Shown here: positions 17,413-26,376 of the stretch, in pieces
Layout: each line of letters begins with the position of its first letter
Position numbering within the stretch: the first letter of the stretch is position 1
Source: an uncultured Endomicrobiia bacterium
Lineage (GTDB): Bacteria; Elusimicrobiota; Endomicrobiia; DTEH01
Direction: 5' to 3'
NCBI GenBank assembly: GCA_937936785.1
Contig: CALDDQ010000011.1
Location: 18,251 to 82,250, forward strand
DNA: 64,000 bases
The notes under the pieces: generated by a model
The model's database searches: none
What the model saw: only the letters and a program-made list of their open reading frames with translations
What the model was told of the DNA's origin: nothing
Program-made: the position numbers and the translations under genes

Positions 17413-18378
17413 TTATATAATAACAACTTCAGATATTGGTTTATTATTTTTTTCTATCTCTCCAATAACAAATCCTTCATTACCAAGATATCTTAATACA
17501 CTTTTTGCACAATTTTTATTAACTACAACTATCATACCTACTCCCATATTAAATGTTCTAAACATTTCTTTTTCACAAATTTTTCCTTTTTTCTGTATTA
17601 GTTGAAATATTTTTGGAACAACCCATAAACTTTTATTAACCACAGCTTTCATACCATTAGGCAATATTCGCACAATGTTATCATAAAACCCTCCTCCTGT
17701 AATATGTGCCATTGCTTTAATATCTCTGTTTGGTCTAAAACTCTTTAATAAGTTTAATATAATCTTAACATATATCTTTGTTGGAACCAATAAAAATTTT
17801 GCATACTTTTTTTGTTCATCTATTTTAAAAACTTTTCTAACTAACGAATATCCGTTTGAATGTAACCCTGAAGATTTTAATCCTATCAATACATCTCCCA
17901 CACTAACATTTTCTCCTTTAATAATATTATGTTTTTCTACTAAACCACAAGCAAACCCTGCTAAATCATATTCACCATTTTTATACATTCCAGGCATCTC
18001 TGCAGTCTCACCTCCCATTAAATTACATCCTGAAACTTTGCATCCATACATTATTCCTCTCATAATATCTTTCATAACTTTTAAGTCTAACTTTCCTACT
18101 GCTATATAATCTAAGAAAAAAATTGGTCTTGCACCACATACAATAATATCATTAACATTCATCGCAACTAAATCTATTCCAATAGTATCGTGTCTACCAA
18201 CTAATTGGGCTATTTTTAATTTTGTCCCAACACCATCAGTTGTTCCTACAATAACCTGATTTTTATTTATCTCATAAAACCCACTAAAAAAACCTATTGA
18301 AGGAACATTTTTTTTAATCCAGTTAACAAAAATGTTTGCTCTATCAACATCAACTCCACTTTTTTTATATGTTAGCAT
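17413..18378 (-). CDS. purM: Phosphoribosylformylglycinamidine cyclo-ligase (AIR synthetase)
   Basis: GTTDGVGTKLKIA, DLVAMNVNDIIVCGA and MAHITGGGF motifs; 321 aa. Confidence 0.93.
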   Translation of the reverse strand: MLTYKKSGVDVDRANIFVNWIKKNVPSIGFFSGFYEINKNQVIVGTTDGVGTKLKIAQLVGRHDTIGIDLVAMNVNDIIVCGARPIFFLDYIAVGKLDLKVMKDIMRGIMYGCKVSGCNLMGGETAEMPGMYKNGEYDLAGFACGLVEKHNIIKGENVSVGDVLIGLKSSGLHSNGYSLVRKVFKIDEQKKYAKFLLVPTKIYVKIILNLLKSFRPNRDIKAMAHITGGGFYDNIVRILPNGMKAVVNKSLWVVPKIFQLIQKKGKICEKEMFRTFNMGVGMIVVVNKNCAKSVLRYLGNEGFVIGEIEKNNKPISEVVII

Positions 18379-18399
18379 AAATTTTAATCTTGTTATTTT

Positions 18400-19704
18400 T
18401 TAATTTGTTATTAAACCTTTTTTTCCTATGTCTTTCCTGAAATGTTTACCTTCAAAATCAATTTTTTCAACTGCAAGATAACTCTTTTTTATTGCTTCAC
18501 CTAAACTATTGGCTAATGATGTTACTGCCAAAACTCTTCCTCCAGAGGTGTAAAAATTATTATCTATAAATTTTGTCCCAGAATGGAAAATTATTACATC
18601 ATTCATACTTTTTGCTTCTTCTAAACCATATATTATTTTCCCAGTTTCATATTCTTTTGGATATCCTTTTGAAGCAAGAACAACACATACTGCAAACTTA
18701 TCTTTAAATTTTAAATTAACCTTGTACAAACTTTTTTCTAAAGTAGCACTTACAATTTCATATAAATCATTTTCAACCAAAGGCAAAATAACTTGTGTCT
18801 CAGGATCCCCAAACCTACAATTAAACTCTAACACATATGGTTGTTCATTATTTTGTCCAAGATTTTCTATCATTAAACCAAAATATATAATTCCATTATA
18901 ACCTAAACTATCGTTTTGTATTCCTGATAAAAATCTCTTCATTATTTGTTCATAAATTTTTTTTTCTAACATTTCACTTACGAACGGCACTGGCGCAAAT
19001 GCACCCATACCTCCAGTATTTAAACCCATATCGTTATCATATACACGTTTGTGATCCTGAGAATGTTTTAACGGAATTATAGTTTCACCATCACAAAATG
19101 CAATAACAGAAATTTCTGTTCCATCAATTTTTTTTTCTATTAAAACTTTTTCACCCGCAGAACCAAATGTTTTGTTTTTTATCATATCTATTATTGCTTC
19201 AATAGCATCTTTTTCATTATCACAAACTATAACCCCTTTACCAGAAGCTAACCCATCTGCTTTTATTACTATGCCTTTGGGACTGTTTTTAAACATTTCT
19301 TCTACATAAAACTTCGCTTTACTAATGTCATCTGCAATTCTATACTCAGATGTTGGTATTCCGTGGCGAACCATAAATTCTTTTGCAAATATTTTACTTC
19401 CTTCTAACTGAGATTGTTTTTTTGTTACACCAAAAACTTTTATTTTCCTGTTAATTAAATAATCACTAAACCCTTCAACTAAAGGCTGTTCCGGACCAAT
19501 AATTACTAAATTTATGTTCTTAGACAATATAAACTGATATATTCTATTAACATCTGTTAATTTTATTTGTTCGGTCTTAGCAAGTTCCAAAATACCTGCA
19601 TTGCCAGGAATACAATATATGTTATTTATAACCTTAGATTCCCTTAATTTCCAAACTATAGCATGTTCTCGTCCTCCACTGCCTAACACTAATACATTTA
19701 CCAT
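18400..19704 (-). CDS. purD: Phosphoribosylamine--glycine ligase
   Basis: VLVLGSGGREHAI, IGPEQPL and EFNCRFGDPETQ; ATP-grasp layout; 434 aa. Confidence 0.94.
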   Translation of the reverse strand: MVNVLVLGSGGREHAIVWKLRESKVINNIYCIPGNAGILELAKTEQIKLTDVNRIYQFILSKNINLVIIGPEQPLVEGFSDYLINRKIKVFGVTKKQSQLEGSKIFAKEFMVRHGIPTSEYRIADDISKAKFYVEEMFKNSPKGIVIKADGLASGKGVIVCDNEKDAIEAIIDMIKNKTFGSAGEKVLIEKKIDGTEISVIAFCDGETIIPLKHSQDHKRVYDNDMGLNTGGMGAFAPVPFVSEMLEKKIYEQIMKRFLSGIQNDSLGYNGIIYFGLMIENLGQNNEQPYVLEFNCRFGDPETQVILPLVENDLYEIVSATLEKSLYKVNLKFKDKFAVCVVLASKGYPKEYETGKIIYGLEEAKSMNDVIIFHSGTKFIDNNFYTSGGRVLAVTSLANSLGEAIKKSYLAVEKIDFEGKHFRKDIGKKGLITN

Positions 19705-19820
19705 AAAAACCTCTAAAAAAAAGTTGTTTTTTAATTATAAGATTTTTTAAGATAAGTTTCTTGTTAAAATGTTATTTTACATATTTTTTAATTTAAAATC
19801 AATCTTACATATGTGAATTT

Positions 19821-20483
19821 TTATTTAATTAACTCCAACATTAATTTTTCTAATTTATAACAACTCTCTTTTATACTATCTGTTTTTTGAACAAAGAAAG
19901 GGGTTCCATAATAAATCTGTGCTTTAGTAAACGGAATTGGGATTAAATATTTATCCCAATTGTTTAACTTAATTTTATGTTTAATTTTTACTCTAGCAGG
20001 TATTATTGCAATACCTGTTTTTTGTGCTAAAAATATTGCTCCAGGTTTTACCTTGTAAACAGGACCTCTTGGTCCATCGACTGCAAATGCAGTATTTTGT
20101 CCTTTAGAAAGTTTATCTAAAATTGATATTGTTGCGGAAACAAAACCTTTTTTTGTAGAACCTCTTACAATGTCAAACCCAAATTTTGACAAAATCTTAC
20201 TTTGCAACTCTCCATCTCGTGATAAACTACTCATTAAAACTAAGTTTTGGTTTCTATGTGCAAAAACTAACAAAAACTGTTCTCCATGGAAAAATGTATA
20301 TATTACATTTTTATTTTTAGAAATTATTTTTTCTACTTGTTCAAATCCTGTTTTTTTTATTCTTACTGTTCTTGAAATTGTTTGAATTATTAGCCATCCA
20401 ATATAACTTAACAATTTGTGTTCAAACCAATAACCGAACTTTGTTTCCCTAAACTTTTTTATTCTGTTAAACAAATGTCTCAT
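19821..20483 (-). CDS. DUF374 domain protein (lysophospholipid acyltransferase-like)
   Basis: AFAVDGPRGPVYKVKPGAIFLAQKTG matches the DGPRGP core of DUF374 proteins. Confidence 0.7.
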   Translation of the reverse strand: MRHLFNRIKKFRETKFGYWFEHKLLSYIGWLIIQTISRTVRIKKTGFEQVEKIISKNKNVIYTFFHGEQFLLVFAHRNQNLVLMSSLSRDGELQSKILSKFGFDIVRGSTKKGFVSATISILDKLSKGQNTAFAVDGPRGPVYKVKPGAIFLAQKTGIAIIPARVKIKHKIKLNNWDKYLIPIPFTKAQIYYGTPFFVQKTDSIKESCYKLEKLMLELIK

Positions 20484-20502
20484 TTACGAATTGTTAACAA
20501 CA

Positions 20503-21051
20503 TTATTTCTTGTTAGAAAACCAAAAAAGATAATTTACAGAAGTGTATTTTGGTCTAAAAATATTATTATCATAACTAACCGAAATTTTTTCCGGATTGA
20601 TAAGTTTAAACACTTCAGAAATCAATTCTTTTGGAGAGTTAAAAATTGTACTAAGTTCATAATTCTCTTCCGTTTGTTCCTGCAATATCTTAAATACAAA
20701 ACGTAGTGACGAATCTAAGTATTCTAACAACAAAACTTCTAAAACAACATTTTTTAATTCTTCGTTTTCTTTTTTTTCTAATTCTTCCACTTCAACACCT
20801 AAAGTAGAAACTATAAATGTTATCAAAGATGCATTTTTAGGTATTTCAATAAATTTTTTTATTTCACTAATTACAGAACTTTTTGTCTCATATGTTTCAA
20901 ATAAAACTGACGAAGATAGTAAATCTGAAATTTGTTTATCATACATCTGAACTAAAGTTTCTATCTCAGGAGTAATTTTAATATTTCTTTGTTTTAATTC
21001 ATTGTAAACTTCTCTAAACCGTGGAGTAAGTTTAAACTTTTTTATTTTCAT
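20503..21051 (-). CDS. Hypothetical protein (182 aa), no recognisable motif
   Basis: Intact ORF wedged between secF and the DUF374 gene (14-nt and 19-nt gaps). It is acidic and helical-looking, with no TM segment and no motif I can name with confidence. Confidence 0.5.
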   Translation of the reverse strand: MKIKKFKLTPRFREVYNELKQRNIKITPEIETLVQMYDKQISDLLSSSVLFETYETKSSVISEIKKFIEIPKNASLITFIVSTLGVEVEELEKKENEELKNVVLEVLLLEYLDSSLRFVFKILQEQTEENYELSTIFNSPKELISEVFKLINPEKISVSYDNNIFRPKYTSVNYLFWFSNKK

Positions 21052-21065
21052 ACATATATATTAAA

Positions 21066-21956
21066 CTATTTTTTATCTATTCTATTTTTATATTCTAAAA
21101 CGAATCCTGATGCTATAAATATTGAAGAATAAGTACCTATAGCTATTCCAAAAACCATAGTTAAACCAAAATCTTTTATAACTTCATTCCCAAATATAAA
21201 TAATGACAAAACTGTTGCAAAAGATGTTGTAGAAGTTAATATTGTTCTTGAAAGTGTCTGGTTAATACTTTTGTTCATAATTCTATCAATAGATTCTTTG
21301 CGTATTAAATATAAATTTTCTCTAATTCTATCAAAAGTTACTATTGTGTCATTTATGGAATATCCTATCAATGTTAATAAAGCTGCAACAACAGTTAAAG
21401 TTATCTCTCTACCTAAAACTATCAAAAAACCTAAAGTTAAAATTACATCATGAAACAATGCCAAAACCCCTGCTATTCCCCATATTGAAGATTTAAACCT
21501 AAAACCTACATATATAATAATACCAATTAGCGAGAAAATTATTGCATACATCGTTTGTTTTGTCAAATGTCTACCTATAGTAGGACCTACATATTCTATT
21601 CTCATAATTTCATATGAAAGTTGATTTGTATCAAAAATATTTCTTATATTTTTTCCCATTTCATCACGTTTTTGTTCACCAGTTTTTATTCTTATTATAT
21701 ATTCTTTCTTATCTTTTTCTTCTGACAAAATTATATTCTGTATATCAAATCCTTTAACTCCACCATCAGATAACATTTTTCTTACTTCTTCTATTGGAAC
21801 ATTTTTATTAATAACAACCTGAATTAAAGTCCCACCAGTAAAATCTAATCCTAAATTTAGACCTTTAACTATCATTAGAAAAATAGTTATAATTATACCT
21901 ACTGCAGAAATACTAAAAAAAATATTCCTCTTGTTAATAAACTCAAATTCTTTCAT
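21066..21956 (-). CDS. secF: Protein translocase subunit SecF
   Basis: 296 aa; GLDFTGGT, an RND-like six-TM C-terminal half, and DTIVTFDRIRE. Confidence 0.93.
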   Translation of the reverse strand: MKEFEFINKRNIFFSISAVGIIITIFLMIVKGLNLGLDFTGGTLIQVVINKNVPIEEVRKMLSDGGVKGFDIQNIILSEEKDKKEYIIRIKTGEQKRDEMGKNIRNIFDTNQLSYEIMRIEYVGPTIGRHLTKQTMYAIIFSLIGIIIYVGFRFKSSIWGIAGVLALFHDVILTLGFLIVLGREITLTVVAALLTLIGYSINDTIVTFDRIRENLYLIRKESIDRIMNKSINQTLSRTILTSTTSFATVLSLFIFGNEVIKDFGLTMVFGIAIGTYSSIFIASGFVLEYKNRIDKK

Positions 21957-21983
21957 AGTAAAATCTCCTAATAAAATTTTTAT

Positions 21984-23405
21984 TTAGAATAATTGTTTCG
22001 GATTAATTAAATTTTTTTCCATTACAAATTCGTAAATGACTTTCGTAACAGTAACTGCAGTGTATATGTTTGCAATTAATCCTATCAACATAGTAATTCC
22101 AAAACCTTTTATTGGACCAGTTCCAAAACCAAACAAAAATACTGTAGTAATTACTGTTGTTAAATTTGAATCTATTATAGTAATCAATGCTCTCTGATAA
22201 CCTAAATCTACCGCAACACGTAAAGTTTTTCCACTGCGTATCTCTTCCTTAATTCTTTCCAAAATTAATATATTTGCATCAACACCCATCCCTATCATCA
22301 AAACTATACCTGCTAACCCGGGAAAACTAAATGTCGCACGAAATGCTGACATTATTGCTATCACTAAAAATATGTTTAACAATAAAGCAAAGTTTGCAAT
22401 TATACCTGATACTTTGTAATATATCACCATAAAAGTTAATACAAGAATTGTTGCTATCAATAACGCCCTTAACCCTGTAACTACAGAATCTCTACCTAAA
22501 GAAGGACCTACACTACGCTCTTCTATAATTTTTACCGGAGCAGGTAATGCACCTGCTCGCAAAATTGTTGCTAAAAATTTTGCTTCTTCAATACTAAAAC
22601 TACCTTCAATAATAGCTCTTCCATCAGGTATTCTTGATTTAATCGTCGGTGCGGATTGTACCACACCATCAAGAACTATTGCCAATTGACGATCAATATT
22701 TTGTTCTGTAACTTTTGAAAATATTTTTGTCCCATCTCGGTCAAATTCTAAAGAAACATGTGGTAAACCATAATCTCCTCTACCAAGTTCTAACTTTGCT
22801 GTAGTTAAATATGCTCCTGTAAGTTCTGCTGTTGATTTTACTAAATAATAACTTTGTTCTCGGCCAGGCATTAAAACATATCCCGTAGGAACCATCTTTA
22901 ACACTTCTTGTTCCAAAACAGCTTCGTTCGGTTTTAATCCTAATTCACGAATTTTATCTGCTATTTTTGATAACTGCACACCAGTTTCTACTAATCTAAA
23001 TTCTAAAAGTGCCGTCCTTCCAATGAGTTCTTTTGCAACTTCTGGATCTTTCACTCCAGGAATTTGTGCTGAAATCCATCTATCACCCTGTTTCGTTATC
23101 AACGCTTCTGAAACACCATATTGGTCAACTCGGTTTCTTATAACTTCTATCGCTCGATCAAGTGCATCTGAAACATCTACACCTTTAGGAATTTTTTCTT
23201 TATCTACTTCCAAAACAAGATGTGTCCCTCCTCGTAAATCAAGTCCTAAATTTAAAATTTTCTTTAATATAGGATCTTTCTGTCTAACCAATTCTTGTCG
23301 TTGTTGTTCTGGCATTAAGTACCATTCTACAGTTGGAAAAATGAAATAAATGCTTAGTCCTATTATTACTAAAAAAATTATAGCTCTTACTTGTAAGTTC
23401 TTCAT
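21984..23405 (-). CDS. secD: Protein translocase subunit SecD
   Basis: 473 aa; LGLDLRGGTHL, a periplasmic P1-like domain, and GMGVDANILILERIKEE. Confidence 0.93.
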   Translation of the reverse strand: MKNLQVRAIIFLVIIGLSIYFIFPTVEWYLMPEQQRQELVRQKDPILKKILNLGLDLRGGTHLVLEVDKEKIPKGVDVSDALDRAIEVIRNRVDQYGVSEALITKQGDRWISAQIPGVKDPEVAKELIGRTALLEFRLVETGVQLSKIADKIRELGLKPNEAVLEQEVLKMVPTGYVLMPGREQSYYLVKSTAELTGAYLTTAKLELGRGDYGLPHVSLEFDRDGTKIFSKVTEQNIDRQLAIVLDGVVQSAPTIKSRIPDGRAIIEGSFSIEEAKFLATILRAGALPAPVKIIEERSVGPSLGRDSVVTGLRALLIATILVLTFMVIYYKVSGIIANFALLLNIFLVIAIMSAFRATFSFPGLAGIVLMIGMGVDANILILERIKEEIRSGKTLRVAVDLGYQRALITIIDSNLTTVITTVFLFGFGTGPIKGFGITMLIGLIANIYTAVTVTKVIYEFVMEKNLINPKQLF

Positions 23406-23442
23406 AAAAAATCTCCTATGAAATCAATATTATATTTATTAC

Positions 23443-24105
23443 CTATAAAACTTTTTGTCCATTGATTAAAAGTTCGTAACTATGTCCAAAATAATTTGCT
23501 GCACGACGACATATAACAATCCGAGGCATAAATATTTCAAAATATTCTATTATTTGCGAAATCTTTGTATCTATACTAAGTTGAACAGAAATTATTTTTT
23601 TATCTTTAAACACTTTCACAACACTATTTTCAACTGCATAATTTACCCTGTCATGTATGTCAAATGATATCATCTTAGGATTTCTTACCCTATCCTTGTG
23701 AACATCTGATTTATCTGCTAAAATTAATGCCGCCGAAACTTCATTAACAGGTTCTCCAACTTCTTCTTCATGATTTCCTATTGCAGAAATTATTTTTGCA
23801 ATTTCATTAGATGGCATTGAAAGATTGTCCAAAATATCCATCGCTATCACAGCAGAAGATTGACCATGCTCTTTTCTATTTATTACATTACCAATATCAT
23901 GAATATATCCAGCTATTGCAACAAGTTCACAGGTCCTATTATCATAATCTAAACTTTCCAAAATATATCTCGCAGTATCACTTACAAATGTTACATGCCG
24001 AAATCCATGTTCTGTATAACCTAAAACTTCTAAATTTTCATCAGCAGCTTGAATAAAATCTTTTATTAGTTTATTTTCTTTTATTTGTTGTAAAGTTACC
24101 GTCAT
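23443..24105 (-). CDS. HD domain phosphohydrolase
   Basis: H...HD metal motif (HGFRHVTFV ... GYIHDIGN) and a later GNHEE; 220 aa. Confidence 0.75.
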   Translation of the reverse strand: MTVTLQQIKENKLIKDFIQAADENLEVLGYTEHGFRHVTFVSDTARYILESLDYDNRTCELVAIAGYIHDIGNVINRKEHGQSSAVIAMDILDNLSMPSNEIAKIISAIGNHEEEVGEPVNEVSAALILADKSDVHKDRVRNPKMISFDIHDRVNYAVENSVVKVFKDKKIISVQLSIDTKISQIIEYFEIFMPRIVICRRAANYFGHSYELLINGQKVL

Positions 24106-24117
24106 AAATGAAATAAT

Positions 24118-24453
24118 TTAATTATTTTTTGTTTGTTCATCTTTTATTACCTGACTAACTGTGGTCTTTAAAACATTAATTTTTACATTTTCAGCAATTT
24201 TTATCTCTAAAATATTGTCTTTGATGTTCGTTATAGTCCCATAAATACCGCTAGATAATAATACATTATCTCCTTTTTTTAGTTCTGAAATCATTTTTTC
24301 ATGTTCCTTCATTTTCTTTTGTTGTGGCATTATCATTATAAAATAAAATATGAAAAATATTATTATTATTGGCACAAAACTACCTAATCCAGCCCCACCA
24401 GTTTGTCCACTTGAAGCAACACATTCCTGCGCGTTTAAAATTGATATAAACAT
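24118..24453 (-). CDS. yajC: Preprotein translocase subunit YajC
   Basis: 111 aa; a single TM (FVPIIIIFFIFYFIMIMPQQKKMKEH) followed by KKGDNVLLSSGIYGTI. GGAGGG SD upstream. Confidence 0.9.
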   Translation of the reverse strand: MFISILNAQECVASSGQTGGAGLGSFVPIIIIFFIFYFIMIMPQQKKMKEHEKMISELKKGDNVLLSSGIYGTITNIKDNILEIKIAENVKINVLKTTVSQVIKDEQTKNN

Positions 24454-24524
24454 ATTTTCCCTCCAATTAAAATTTTAAGTTTTAATTTATACAATAAAAT
24501 ACTTGTTTAATCAAGATTTTTTAT

Positions 24525-24986
24525 TTAATTCTTATCCATACCAGAACAATCATAAAACTTACTTGCATCAAATTTTTTTGCTAACCTGTAAAAAAAAGAA
24601 TATCCTACTATCCGCACTGATCCTTTAGAAAAATTTATTTTTGTATTATACAAAATATCTAAAATCATATGCGACCAAACACCTATTATTAAACCTAATA
24701 AAATATCATTCTGAATATAAAAGTATAACAAAACTATAAAAAATGTAATTTCGTATGAATGAAAAAATAAAAATATTTTCCTAAAATTTCCATTGTGACA
24801 CTTGTAGAAAAATTCTTTTATGTTAATAGATACACTATTTTTTTCTATAAAATAATCTATTAAGTGATCTACGTCAATTAAAATCCCTGAGAATAATGAA
24901 GTTATTGATATAACAAAAGATTTAGTTAAAATGTACGTGGAGGTTGAAATTATAGTAGCACTTAACAGATGCGCAGACAGTTTCAT
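24525..24986 (-). CDS. DUF457/YdjM-like membrane-bound metal-dependent hydrolase
   Basis: 153 aa polytopic: MKLSAHLLSA, IDVDHLIDY, FLFFHSY and GVWSHMILD fit the His/Asp pattern of the DUF457 family. The ATG overlaps the upstream stop (ATGA). Confidence 0.65.
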   Translation of the reverse strand: MKLSAHLLSATIISTSTYILTKSFVISITSLFSGILIDVDHLIDYFIEKNSVSINIKEFFYKCHNGNFRKIFLFFHSYEITFFIVLLYFYIQNDILLGLIIGVWSHMILDILYNTKINFSKGSVRIVGYSFFYRLAKKFDASKFYDCSGMDKN

Positions 24987-26371
24987 ATTTTGTAATTTTC
25001 TAACTTAAACCCACAATTAGGTTTATAACAATACCCTTTCTCATAATGAGATAAACAATTTAAATCTTCTTCTTTATCAATTTCTGACAATATTAAATCT
25101 GAATAAATTCTTATATAAAAATTTGCTCTTGAAGCAGCATCATATTTAAACCATTCTTTTCCCCAACCAAAATCTCTTTCATATTTACTCCTTACAAGTC
25201 CTGCTATATGTTTTGGATGCCAGCCAAGTTTTAACAATACTCTTGTCAATGTTTGTAAATTTGTAGGTTTTAGTAAATGTTCGTTTGGACATATTAAACA
25301 GTGTCTAACACATAAAGGTAAAATGTTTGTGTCAAATATATCATAAGTTTTTGACCACATATTTGGTTTATCATGTTCTACTTTGTCAAACTCTGAATGT
25401 ATCTTAAACAAGGAAGAATTTTTATAATCATTTATTATCTTTGTTAAACTAATATCATTTTCTGGAATTATACAATCAACTTCTTGTGCATAAGATAAAA
25501 TTTTTTTAAAATCAGTTCTCATTGATAACAATTCTTTATATCCAAAGTATTCCTTACCTAAATACTCTCTTGGCAGGACTATAAATGGTTGTATGTTTTG
25601 TGTTGAAAACTTAAATTTGGAATAAATTTTATGTTTCTGATAACTTGAAAATGGAACACGAATGTCTCTTAAATAAATCGGATCTGCATACATAGATAGG
25701 TCAATAGAAATCGCTTCTTTATTTTTTCCCACACTAACATCACCATAAACTACGGGTAATCCCTTGTAATCTTTTAAATTTTTATACAAAACATTAGATA
25801 AGTATTCCAATATACGTCCAGCATTATGAAATCCTTGTCCACAAATTGTTGAAACTTTTTTTTGTCTTCGTTGTGAAACTGTTGAATATTTACCTTTTAA
25901 AGTTGATTCTATATCGCCAATTGATAACAACTCTTGGTGAGATTTAGATTCAAAAGGTACTTTAAAAACAAAATGATACCCTTGCCCTGTTTGTATTGTA
26001 ATAAAATTTATTTTGTAATAATCATAAATTTTCTTAAATCGTTGATAAATTTCTTCCAGTTTAAAATAAACTTTTTGTGGGTTAAAATATGCTTCTGCAT
26101 TATATTTTATGTTATAATACTCAAAATCTAAAACAAACAAAGTGAAATTTTTATCCCAAACAGATCTAAAAATGTCCGCCCCTATGTCTAATAACCAAAA
26201 AAATTTTTTATTGTTCACAGAAAGAAAAAAATCTGACTTTGTTATATTTTCTTTTACACCGACTAAATACTCACAAGAAAATTTTTCTGGATCTAACTCC
26301 GAAGAACCACAATATTGCGAAATTTTTTGTTGAACAGATATATTTTTGTAATATTCTTTAATATTAAACAT
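24983..26371 (-). CDS. Archaeo-eukaryotic primase (AEP) superfamily protein: PriS-like catalytic domain fused to PriL-like Cys-rich C-terminal domain
   Basis: 462 aa. Motif I is FTLFVLDFEYY (D82/E84). Motif II is QTGQGYHFVFKV (H133). Motif III is ISIDLSMYADPIYLRDIRVPFSSYQKHK (D224). The C-terminus carries ILPLCVRHCLICPNEHLLKPTNLQTLTRVLLKLGW ... FYIRIYS ... NCLSHYEKGYCYKPNCGF, which resembles the Fe-S domain of the primase large subunit. Recognised by eye only. Confidence 0.6.
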   Translation of the reverse strand: MFNIKEYYKNISVQQKISQYCGSSELDPEKFSCEYLVGVKENITKSDFFLSVNNKKFFWLLDIGADIFRSVWDKNFTLFVLDFEYYNIKYNAEAYFNPQKVYFKLEEIYQRFKKIYDYYKINFITIQTGQGYHFVFKVPFESKSHQELLSIGDIESTLKGKYSTVSQRRQKKVSTICGQGFHNAGRILEYLSNVLYKNLKDYKGLPVVYGDVSVGKNKEAISIDLSMYADPIYLRDIRVPFSSYQKHKIYSKFKFSTQNIQPFIVLPREYLGKEYFGYKELLSMRTDFKKILSYAQEVDCIIPENDISLTKIINDYKNSSLFKIHSEFDKVEHDKPNMWSKTYDIFDTNILPLCVRHCLICPNEHLLKPTNLQTLTRVLLKLGWHPKHIAGLVRSKYERDFGWGKEWFKYDAASRANFYIRIYSDLILSEIDKEEDLNCLSHYEKGYCYKPNCGFKLENYKI

Positions 26372-26376
26372 TTTTA

